From positions 28,398,001 through 28,462,000 of the forward strand of contig NC_058383.1 in the NCBI RefSeq assembly GCF_018350175.1: a DNA stretch of 64,000 nucleotides, written 5' to 3'. A model generated the notes under the pieces. It searched no databases, was not told where the DNA came from, and worked only from the letters and a program-made list of their open reading frames with translations. The stretch comes from Felis catus (lineage: Eukaryota). The first letter of the stretch is position 1. Every line of letters starts with the position of its first letter. A program made the position numbers and the translations under genes. Below are positions 1 through 9,975 of the stretch, in pieces.

Positions 1-231
1 CATCCTTCAAAATGCTCATTGAACACTGTCCTTGCAAATTCCATTCCTTACGTATCGTGTAAGAGAAGTTTATAACTACTACTTACCCATCGGTTTACTC
101 CAGGATGCTCTCTGTTCCACCCTTGAGAGTGAGTCTTTAGTACTAACCATTTCCGATTTCCTCAGTAATGGTTTAAAAATGGTGAGTTCCTTTCTTTGTC
201 CCAAGTCACCTGAAGAACTCCTACAATATCA

Positions 232-365
232 GGGGCGCCTGGGTGGCTCAGTCAGTTAAGCGTCCGACTTAAGGTCAGGTCTTGATCTCGTGGTTCACGG
301 GTTCAAGCCCACTGTCGGGCTCCGTGCTGACAGCTCGGAGCCTGGAGCCTCTTTTGGATTCTGTA

Positions 366-403
<38 letters not shown>

Positions 404-473
404 CCCCCCCCCCCGCCTCCTTCTTTCTGTCTTTGTATCTCAAAAATAAACATTTGAAATCTCTTTCAAAAAA
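232..473 (+). mobile_element. Can-SINE (SINEC_Fc type) in the last CEP20 intron
   Basis: ggggcgcctgggtggctcag head, (CT)n, A tail; TSD aagaactccta on both sides. Confidence 0.92.
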
Positions 474-584
474 AGAACTCCTATAGTATTCAAGATACAG
501 CATTCAAAAATACACGTAGATATGTCTGCACACTGCTTATTTTGACTTGGGATAAGTACTGACATCTGTTTCTGTTAATTTCAG

Positions 585-661
585 ATGACCACCTAAGAAA
601 GGAGAAGGGGAGTATTAATAATATTGAAGATCCTCTTGTTTCTCAAGCAGTAAAGAGATGA
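585..661 (+). CDS. CEP20: Last coding exon of CEP20 (FOPNL/FOR20), centriolar satellite LisH protein
   Basis: Acceptor ttctgttaatttcag|AT at 584/585 (phase 1). Translates (D)DHLRKEKGSINNIEDPLVSQAVKR*, resembling the recalled human C-terminus DDHLRKEEQKSTNIEDLHVSQAVNR. TGA at 659-661. Position upstream of MYH11 on the same strand matches recalled human gene order. Too short for the ORF track. Confidence 0.9.
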
Positions 662-817
662 CATTTCCATCTGGGGCGTCTTTTGTCTTAAAATTGTGTG
701 TATTCAGTACCATATTTATTCTGCCAACATTACCAAAATACGTCACTAATGTTTGTACTTTGTAGAAATTCGAGTTTCTGCAAAACATTTAGCCCCTCCT
801 GTTTTACTACATTTGTG

Positions 818-823
818 AATAAA
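818..823 (+). terminator. Proximal polyadenylation signal of CEP20
   Basis: AATAAA ~160 nt after the stop, with T-rich downstream sequence. Confidence 0.5.
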
Positions 824-2335
824 AACTAACTTGTAGCTTCCAGCTTCTTGGATTTGACTTGAAAGAGAGAAAAAAAATACTGTTTTCAGAAGGTATGATA
901 AAGTTTTTTAAATTTGTAAGAGCTAAAGGGATTTTATTAGTACCTCTGTGTTCTTAAAAAAAAAAAGTTCAGGCCTTTATAGCCATATGCTCTGCTCTTT
1001 AACAAGGTTACATTAATTAAATTTCCTTCGGGCTGGAATTAGGTGGATTTGTAGAAAAATCCATTCATGTTCTGAGAAAACATTTAAAAGAACACTAAAG
1101 CCAGAAAAAACTATTTTCTATAAACTTTGTTTTTTTCCTTATGATTAGTGGTTTTTCAGATAACCATTTATAATTAGGTTTAGATATCTGAATTACTATC
1201 TAAATTTGAACTTTTAAACTAGGTAACAATGTACTTTTTCTTTCCTTGGACCATTTTGGCTTCTATTGGAAGATTTAATTAAAAGGAAGAGGGGGAAATA
1301 ATTCTTTTAATTTTGCTGTAAGTAAAACAAAGAGTTTATTTCATTATATAAAGAATGTGGAGTAAGCATGAAGAGACAGGCTTTAGGAGAAATACCAGAA
1401 GGCACTTTTTAAAAGATGGCATTGTGTAACCTCCGTGTGGCCTTCACGCCAGGGGCCGCCACTACCTACTCGGGCTCCGGAAGTCTCATTAAATGCCAGT
1501 TTTTCGTTCTTGGGATAAAAAAAAAAAAAAAAACGGTAAGAGCTCTTAGTGTGCGATCTCTAAAATGCTATTTTGATATTTATTCAGACATTTTTATAAC
1601 GTGGAGTCTCCAGACCGATATCCCTGACAACACCTGTTACAATAGCGCCCGGTCGGCCGGAAGTCGCAAAGCGTGTTCTGGGCGTGAACTGCGCGGGCTC
1701 CCGTTTACCGACCGCGTTTAGCTTGAACATTTTCCACAGGGAAAGTGATCATGGCTGGAGCTGGAAAAATTGGAGTCCTCTTCAGGGTGCGGACTCTGTG
1801 CTGCCTGTGGAAATTACTGACACTTATTATTGACTTTCTGTGCGGTGGTCAGCGTTCAGTCCTTACACCTTAACCAAGAATTTTTATCTGAGTGCCAAAA
1901 GTTTAAAGAAGTCCCCTCAAGACATACTTGACAAGTGAGAGGATTTTGCGAGGCCCTATTGACGAGCTAGAATTACTTGCATAGAGAAGTGCCATCAGGG
2001 CTCATTTCCATTTTTAAAATTAAATCTGTAATCTATGGTAACAGTTACGAATTCCGTTGTATTGGGTGTGGGGATATGAACATCTGAATTCTTCTCAGAA
2101 GACTTGGTTTACATGCAAGGATGTTGGCAATGGACGCTAAGTTTACCTCAGGAATTACAATCATGCAGGACTAGATTAAGAAAAAATTCTGGACTTTATC
2201 ATTTTGGATACTGATACAAAGTCATCACGATAGAAGCTGAACAGAATTGTGGCGTGTAGTCGATAGTGCTTTTGTATGCGTTGTCCTGTCATTTGTTTGT
2301 ACCCAGGCCACTTTTATACTTTCGATGTATCATTT

Positions 2336-2341
2336 AATAAA
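2336..2341 (+). terminator. Distal polyadenylation signal of CEP20
   Basis: AATAAA preceded by TGTA elements and followed by GT/T-rich gtctttgtg, then G-rich sequence. Confidence 0.55.
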
Positions 2342-3414
2342 AAACACTGGAGCAACTCGTCTTTGTGCAGAGGCTGTTCCTGTGCCTGTTCGGTCATCAA
2401 GAGGTGGATGCCAGGACGGGAGGAATGGTTGGAGGCGGCTCCCTGGGCCCCCCCTTCCCCCTGCAGGCTCCCCGGCAGCCTGGGTGGAGGGTGGAGGGTG
2501 AAGGGAGGGAGCTGTGCCCCGCGTGTGCCCTTGCCATCAGCCACCTCACCTGCCACACTTACTCTTCACCCCGGGGGCTGGCGGGGATGGTGCTGTAACC
2601 GGGGACGTGGCCATGTAGGGCTTCAGAAGAGCATATGCAGCACTCTTTTTTTATATTTGGAAAAAGGGAAAACCACCTATTTTCAAAAAACTAAGATTTT
2701 TATGATTTCCACAGAGGACCTTAGGTTGAGAAAAATGTACTCCAGAAATGTTTATACTCAGGATATTTGAACTGTGTCAATTAATTTATAAGCCAGTAGT
2801 TGAAGAAGGTGCATGGGCAGAGATAGCAAAAAAAAAAAAAAAAAAAGATCTGAATACAGAGGACCCATCAAGCTCTTGTCCTCTAACTCAAAAAACTAAA
2901 TCTGCATCACTGCTGGTGGTTTTCATGGGTTGTTAAGGAGAAGTTCGCTTCCAGAAATACAGAGAAGTTTTAGGGGAAGACTTGGATTTACACAAAAATA
3001 GGATGGGAATTGGGACTGAGGAGGGATTTAGGAGAAGTGGAAATCTAAAACTTGGGCAGTTAAAAAACAGCAGGAACAGAGGTGGCGTTTGAAGATGATA
3101 AATTTAGCTTAGCATATATGTTTGCATAGAGTAAACTAATAGCTTTATAATTATGTGCAAGAATGCATTTGTATATGACTCGCATGCCTGTATGATTATA
3201 TAAAATTTGATGTGTTCCTTTAACCTAAAGCCAAGTGTACACGAAGGATTAACATTTGTGAGAATATGCCTTTAAAGGCATTTAGGACAATCCTCCCCAG
3301 CCACTTGGGTATTTGATTTTGTAACAACCGTTCTGCAAGGATTGTGTGGTCTTAATTTTTTTCTTTTTTAAATAAAAGGTAAAACTACCTCTAAAAAAAA
3401 TAGACCTTATTTCT

Positions 3415-4115
3415 TGAATATAACGTGCAGAGTTTCCATACACCACCTATCCCCACACTCGCAGCCTCCCCCATTTTTAGCAGCACCCCCCCCCCCATCA
3501 GGGTGGCACGTTTGCTCCAATCGATGGACCTACACTGACCACATTCTCACTCAAAGTCCATAGTTCACATTAGGATTCATTTAAGGTGCTGTTCATTCTA
3601 TGGGTCTGAACAAATATATCATGACCTGTGTCCACCATTATAGTATCGTGCACAGTATTTTCACTGCCCTAAACGTCCTGTGTTCTGCCCATTCATCCTC
3701 CCTCCCCCCAGGCCCTGGCAGCCCCAGGTCTTTTACCGTCTTCATAGTGTTGCCTTTCTCAGAATGTCAGATCTGGAATCCTGCAGTGTCGGGCCTTTAC
3801 AGACCAGCTCCTTTCACGCAGGAATATGCACCCAAGATTCCTCCAAGTTTTCGTGGCTTGAGAGTTGGTTTGTTTTTTAGCACCAAATAATAGTGCATCA
3901 CCTCAGTGTCCCACGGTTTGTCCACTCACCTGCTGAACAGCATCTTGGTCGCTTCCAAGTTTTGGCAATTCCGAACAAAGTTGCTATAAACCAAGTGCAG
4001 GCTGCAGTATGGACGTAAGCTCTCGACTCGTTTGGGTAAGTCCTAAGGAGTATGATTTGCCGCATCATATGTCAAGAGCGTGTCTAGTTTTGGCAGGCAC
4101 TGTGAAACTCCTCTT
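3415..4115 (-). mobile_element. Old L1M 3'-end fragment
   Basis: Degenerate L1 3' UTR motifs (ccaagtttggcaatt...gctataaac; accattatagtatcgtgcacagta). Confidence 0.7.
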
Positions 4116-5667
4116 GAGAATTTTAGGGGCCTTCCTCATAGAGAATCTGGAGGTACGAAGGCACCGTGGGTGGAAACGGATGAAGGAAAGAGCGTCGCAA
4201 GTCACTCTGCCGTGGGGTCTTGTCTTGGAGAAGTGTGGAGCCGTCATGACTGAAACAGAAGTGCCTTTTTGCAAGAGCGATCGAGCCAGGCTTGTGGCCA
4301 GGAATGACATCCCTTCATTCACAGGAAGGCACGGTCCTGTGCAAATCTTGGGCTGGAGGCCCTGAGCGCTGGTACCCTTCTACATAATTGGGTCGCGAGG
4401 CACGTGCAGGAGCGAACCATGCTTGACCCCGATCTTTGATATCATTAAAAACTGGGAGACAATCACATGTTTGAGCTTTTTTGCTAAAAGGAAAAGACTC
4501 CGAGAGAGAAATTTCCCCTCTGCCATCTCGTTTCATGAGTTTATGGAAACTCCCATTACACAGCACCTCAAAGAAAAGACAAGCCAAGGAAACTTACTGG
4601 ACAGCTCTCAGAGTAACACTTTTTTTAAAAGTATTTTTCCCCCTTGATCTTAAAATAACTGGCTTTTTGAGCCATGAGAAATAAAACAGGCGTTTGCTTT
4701 AATTACTGGAACAATGCACTTTTGAGGATTCAAACATCTGAGCTTTGGCACTGGACACATATTTAATGAATGACTGTCCCTGAGCACTGGTAGAACGTAC
4801 CAGAAAGGTATGGAATGCTTTATATAAGGCCTTCACATATGTTGTCCTGTTTAACAACCCAGTAAGGTAGTTGAGGCAAAGATTCTGTTGCTCTGTGCTC
4901 CTCCTTGAGAAAACACAGGCTCAGTTCACGGACTATTCTGTGGCTTCAGAAAGCAGGAGGGCCTGAGGAAGTGATCAAGAGGGTCTGAGATCCTCTGGGG
5001 AGCCGGGTGGCTGGAAGGGGGACAGGCGGGCCCTCGCCATCAGGCACTCAAGGCCTGTGGTTTCAAGTTGGCTGGGAATAATAGCTAACAGGAAGCTGCA
5101 CAATATGTCCGTTTCACATGGATCATCTCAACGACTGTTTACCAACAGCCAGGGCATAACTGCTGCTCTTCCCATCTCACAGATAGGGACGCTGAGGCAC
5201 GGAGCAGTTAAAGGAATGGCTCCTGGCGGAACGGCTACAAAGGGGGAACCGGCCACTAACCTCGGAGACCTGTCTTTAGCCTGCAGGCCAATTCACCTGG
5301 GCATCTCCCTTTCCCTTTAGAGTCCTTCTGGAAGCGAATCATGGCAACGGTGGGCTCCAGTCCCATCGGGAGCCTGGGCAAATCTCTTCGCTGCTCTGGG
5401 ACCTCAGTTTTCTCACCTGCAAAATGGGGGTGATCAGGCAAGCCCCGTCCCCCATCCGATCCGGTTACCCAGGGAGGGGTTGTGGACCTAGGTGGGGTGC
5501 GTGCGAAGCCCGGAGCCCGGCGGGGGTCTTCCCAGCTCCTGCGACCCCCTCCCCAAGCCCTGTGGCTGGGAGTAGCTGGGGCCCACGTGGGCCCGCGCGG
5601 CGCAGTCGCAGCGGCCGGAGGCAGCGCGCCCTCCCCCGCGCCCGCCGCGCCGGGAGGCCGCTCCGCA

Positions 5668-5677
5668 CCATATTTAG
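5668..5677. promoter_or_regulatory. CArG3-like box CCATATTTAG
   Basis: Degenerate CC(A/T)6GG; order and spacing with the next two boxes fit the rodent SM-MHC CArG3/2/1 cluster as recalled. Confidence 0.75.
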
Positions 5678-5748
5678 TCAGGGGGAGCGGGCAGCCCCGG
5701 GCTGGTATGCGGCGCTGGGGATTCCTGCAGGAAGGCGCCCGCGCCTGC

Positions 5749-5774
5749 CCTTTTTGGGTTGTCGCCCGCCCAGC
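5749..5774. promoter_or_regulatory. CArG2 (CCTTTTTGGG, 5749-5758) and adjacent GC-rich (Sp/KLF) repressor-type element gtcgcccgccc
   Basis: Degenerate CArG immediately followed by CCCGCCC, the arrangement recalled for the SM-MHC promoter. Confidence 0.8.
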
Positions 5775-5891
5775 GCCCCCCGCCGCGCCCGCGGAGGGAG
5801 GACCGGCCCGGGGACCCGGGGCCCGTGCGGGGCGGGGAGCGGGGCGCGCGGGTCCCCGGCCTGGCGCGGGGCCAGCCCACCGCCTCGGCTT

Positions 5892-5901
5892 CCTTTTATG
5901 G
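5892..5901. promoter_or_regulatory. CArG1 (CCTTTTATGG), perfect SRF site
   Basis: Exact CC(A/T)6GG, ~1.3 kb upstream of exon 1. Confidence 0.85.
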
Positions 5902-6389
5902 CCTGTGTGCGTGCGGGCGACGGAGCCCGGGAGAAGACGGAGAGCCGGGGAGAGAGCCGGCGACGGAGATCCGGAGCCAGAGACGCAGAGCCAGAGATAG
6001 AGGGAGACAGTGGGAGACGTCCGGGAGAGACACAAAGCCAGAGACCGCGGGAGAGGTCGGGAGAGACACAGGCCAGAGGCAGAGGGAGACAGAGGAGAAA
6101 GTGAGAGACAGAGACATACAGAGTGACCGCAAGGCAGGAAGAGTGATGGAGAGTCACTGCATCAGAAGTATGGGAGAGAGACGAACAGACTGACAGACAC
6201 AGGCAGAGGAGGGGAGGGAGGGGTCCTACGAGAGAGGGGAGCAGGGGTGAAGTTTTAAGCAGCTTCTTCATTTGCAGGAACTTCTTGGGCGGGGGAGGAA
6301 GAGTTGGGAACTTGCAAGGGCAGGGTCGCACCCACTTTCTCTTTGCATCCTGACTCACACCTTGCAAGTTACATAAATATACCCTCCCC

Positions 6390-6390
<1 letters not shown>

Positions 6391-6450
<60 letters not shown>
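6391..6450. repeat. (AC)30 microsatellite in the MYH11 promoter
   Basis: Perfect dinucleotide run. Confidence 0.97.
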
Positions 6451-6452
<2 letters not shown>

Positions 6453-6879
6453 ATTTTTCCGCTGCAGAGACTGAGGCTCAGAGCAGGGAAGTGACTCGCC
6501 TGAGGTCAGGCAGTCTGCGAATGGCACATCGGGCCTCAAGTCCCTGCAGCAGGTTGTTGGGTCCCCCCCCCAACTTTTTCTTGTGGGTGGAGGTGGAATA
6601 GCAAGTTGGGAAAAATAAAAACTTCCCCTTCCCAAACGATTCCCAGCCGTCGGGGGCTCCTGCCTTGCACTTTGCAAAGTTCAAAAAATCCCCTTCCTCT
6701 ACCCTTCATGCAGTGCGGCCGGCCCCCTTTCCAGGCACTGGATGGCGAATAAAAGGGGGAGCGGGGCTGGGAGGTGGCAATTCAGACCCCCACATTTGCC
6801 CCCTCCGAGGGGAAGGAAGCGGTTAAAATCGGGGTCGTGCACTGACTGAAGGGAGACCTTCTCAAGCATCTCCCCTCCC

Positions 6880-7221
6880 CGCTCCCAGACGCTGATCGCT
6901 CGGCCCCTTGCTCTGGGAATCAGAGCCTCGGTGAGTGTCCCAGAGCCGGGTTGGGGTGGGGGGGGCGGTGTGAGACACCGGCCCGAACTCTTCTGCGGGG
7001 AGCGCCACAGCCCCCTGGGTCCCCGCCACGTGTGCGCCCCGGTCCCAGAGCCGCCGCAGGTGAGGCCAGGAACGGCACAAAACGCCGCGCTTCCAGGGCC
7101 CTGCAGGGGGCGCTGCGGAGCCAGCAGCCTGGGACCCTCCCCCCTCCTCCCCCCCGGGCCGCCTCCTCTTTCCCACCGGGGGCAGCTCCGGGTCTATAAA
7201 GAGAGGCTTCCCGGGCGAGCC
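6880..7221 (+). promoter_or_regulatory. MYH11: MYH11 core promoter: CpG-rich region, CCTCCC/GC boxes (~7135-7155), TATAAA at 7195-7200
   Basis: TATAAA ~25-30 nt upstream of sequence matching recalled MYH11 exon 1. Confidence 0.85.
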
Positions 7222-7310
7222 GGGAGATTTGGACGCCCCTGCCTGGGAGGTGTGCCAGATCTGAGCTCTCCACCCGGTTTCTTCTCCGCTGTCCCCCCAG
7301 TTGGAGATCT
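7222..7310 (+). other. MYH11: MYH11 non-coding exon 1 (start approximate)
   Basis: gggagatttggacg...ccccccagttggagatct resembles the recalled human MYH11 5' UTR; donor T|GTAAGT at 7310/7311; no ATG. Confidence 0.85.
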
Positions 7311-7469
7311 GTAAGTAGGGTGGTACTGGGGGGTGGGCAGCTGGGTAGGGGTCATCCTACAGGGGCTGGGGAGCAGCAAGGTGTTTCTGTTGCCATCCTT
7401 GTCATACGGTCAAGGACTCTGGTGAGGAGGTGGGGATTCACAGTTTTCATTTCTCTGCTTCATCAACCT

Positions 7470-7645
7470 AGGTTTTCCCCAAACCTCCATCTCCCCAGGT
7501 GGCCAACCAGAAGTGCCACCTTGGGGGTACTTGTTAAAGACAAAAATTCCGGGCTCACCTCCAGTTACACTTGAATCTCCAGAAAGGCTGTACTTTAAAA
7601 AAAAGGAGGAATCCCAGATGATTCTTACGAGACACATCTGGGAGA
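7470..7645. mobile_element. MER5-like hAT DNA transposon relic
   Basis: cttgttaaagacaaaaattccgggctcacc...gaatctcc...cccagatgattct. Confidence 0.6.
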
Positions 7646-8614
7646 TGTGATCCCTTCAAATCTCAGAGGAGCAGCTTCCATTGGCTTCTAACTTTTATTC
7701 TAGGCACAGATAAAGTACAGCTGAACTTCCCTAGAAAGTCTTTTGCAGTCACAGAGGCAGGCAAAGTAACGCTCTGAATGGATTTGGAAGCCTGGCTTAA
7801 TTCTGTTGAAAACGTGCTAAATCAGTGAAAAACACGTGAGCAGATGCCTCGCAGAAAGGCGAGTGCGTTTTTCATGAGTTTAGAGGATGTGTTTGTTGAT
7901 CACCCTAGAGAGGGAGGGCTGGTTATGATGCAGTTGATTTACCACAGCCCAGTTTTCTTCCAGACTCCCCTCCCCCATTCCAAAGTTAAAAAAAAAAAAA
8001 AATCTTATCCAGGTTGACCCCAAGGGCTTCAAATACCCAGACAGATGGGACAGTTTCGATTTGCATCCATGACCTGCAGGTGTGTTAACTAAGAGTGCCC
8101 TGGGATTTCCTGTGAGTTGCTGGCACCCCTGTTGCTCTGAACGTCCCCACAAAGTGGACCAAAGTGAGAAAAAGTCTGGCTGATGTCTGTTTCAGTTTTC
8201 CCCCTGCACAGAGAGCTGGTGGGGATTTTGCTGCCTGACGAAGGGCGCCATTCAAAGCTATGCTGATCAAGACGTTAGAGAAAATAGTTAGAAACCCAAG
8301 GAGAGGGTTTGGTTACAGTGTTAAGAACTGAGAGATTAAATGGTTAAGTGGCCAGGGTTTGGCCAAGGGAAGGCAGGTGGATTGTTAGTAACCCGATTTG
8401 CATAGTTGTGTTTTGCTTCGTCTTGTCTTCTCGATGGGTTTAGTTTCCTTAAAGGTACCAATGGAGAGGTTTTCCTGTTTTGTTTGTTTTGTTTTTACAG
8501 AGAGGGAACTGGAAGGTGCTGGGCTGAAAGGCATTGGATGGCAAGGTGTAAAATAGGTTGAATTTCTGTGGAAGGAAGTCTTCCATTGGTGCTTTTCCAT
8601 TGAGATAGCCACCA

Positions 8615-8830
8615 CTGATGGGATACTTATGTACCAGGCACCGTAGCAGTGTTCGATTTAATTTATCTCATTTAAATGCTGCAATAACCTTTTAAGGAGG
8701 CACCATGATGCCTGTTTAGTCAAAAGGCAGCTGAGGCTCAGGGAGGTTAAGTAACTCGCCCAGCCTCACACAGCTAGCAAGTGGTGGAACCCATTCCTGG
8801 GTCTGTCTGATACCAAGGCTATGTGGTCTT
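8615..8830 (-). mobile_element. MIR
   Basis: ctgaggctcagggaggttaagtaactcgcccagcctcacacagctag core. Confidence 0.75.
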
Positions 8831-9145
8831 GACCCACCACCTTTTGTCTTTACCATGAACCAAACGTCTTTTGGAGTCAAGTTTCTGGGGGGACCAAATG
8901 CTTCCGGAAAGCAAGGGTTTATCATCTTCTCTCTGGAGAAAACATAAGCTGACCTTTTGGGAATTTAAAATAAAACGCACCATTTGTCCCCTGGTGGTGT
9001 GGTAATCTAGCTGGGGCCGATGGGTAGACTGCCATCCCCAGAGTCTAACTCATGAACTAGACGAGCTTTCTCCAAGAAGCTTCTGGGGCTCGCCTGGTAC
9101 ACACCGTGGGTTTTTTATTTTCGCATCTGAAATAGACGTGTTCTT

Positions 9146-9228
9146 CCGTACAAGGTATTTGTTATGGATTTGTTATCATTACTTTTCTGTCCGAGGGCTG
9201 AGATTGAGGCAAACATGGCCATGTATGG
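9146..9228. promoter_or_regulatory. Intron-1 CArG-like element CCATGTATGG (9219-9228), with a more degenerate CCGTACAAGG (9146-9155)
   Basis: About +2 kb from the TSS in unique sequence; resembles the rodent SM-MHC intronic CArG (recalled as CCTTGTATGG). Confidence 0.6.
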
Positions 9229-9859
9229 TAGTGTTTTCCATGAGGCCATACCCGGCTCGCTTGCAAATTAGCGTCGTAACACAGCTTTGTTGGTCTTGAC
9301 TCTGGGGGATTTCTTGGCCCTTGTCCTTCCCATTTGGGAACAAGTGGAGGGGCCCAGAGGAGAAGACATTTGGGAGGAAAGGAGGATTATTTTTCCCTGC
9401 TCCTCTCTTATTTGGACTTTTTTTTTTTAATTAAAAAAAAGTTTTTAGCCACTCGGGTTTATTAAACTACTGCTTTCCAAGATAGGAGTAGAAAACAATA
9501 CCTGGTGATTATCTTTGCCAGACCATATTGCACTGGCAGTGAACTAACTCCAAGGCTCCACAAGACCATAAGGATTACTGTCCAATCCTGTAACGAATTT
9601 CTCTAACACTCCTCATTCGGGGCAGGCCCCCACAGTCTCCTAATTCCGTGTCTTCCTCTGGCATGGTCTCCTCTGTGTTCCCTCTTCCCGGAGCTCTGCC
9701 CCACCAAGGTTTGGCCAAACCAGCCAGTCAGAATCGTGACTTGACCGACCGCCATCCGAATTGATTCACCTCCAAGGACCTGGGTCTCCTATTCAGCATT
9801 TGGTGCTCATTACTGACTAAATCAGTTAGATTAGGACTTATGATCTTAGGGACCTGCAG

Positions 9860-9975
9860 GGGAACGTTCTGGAGGCTGTTGATGTCCAGGATCAAGGAGC
9901 TGGCAGACTCGGTTCTTGGTGAGGGCACTCTTCCAGGTTCGAAGAAGGGTGCCTTCTCGCTGGGCACTCACACGG
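9860..9975. mobile_element. MaLR (MLT1/MST-like) LTR fragment
   Basis: gtccaggatcaaggagctggcagactcggttcttggtgagggcactcttcc. Confidence 0.55.

Larger units (their letters stand above)
662..2360 (+). other. CEP20: CEP20 3' UTR (probable extent to distal poly(A) site)
   Basis: Largely AT-rich, repeat-free sequence after the stop codon; AATAAA at 818-823 and 2336-2341. Confidence 0.6.
5490..6060. promoter_or_regulatory. MYH11: CpG island containing the MYH11 upstream smooth-muscle enhancer
   Basis: Very GC- and CpG-rich block ~1.2-1.7 kb upstream of exon 1, containing three CArG elements. Confidence 0.85.

Noticed and set aside
5256..6454. Long overlapping ORFs (up to 259 aa) on both strands
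   Set aside because: Low-complexity Pro/Arg/Gly/Ala translations of a CpG island and GA/CA repeats, where stop codons are scarce; no recognisable domain.
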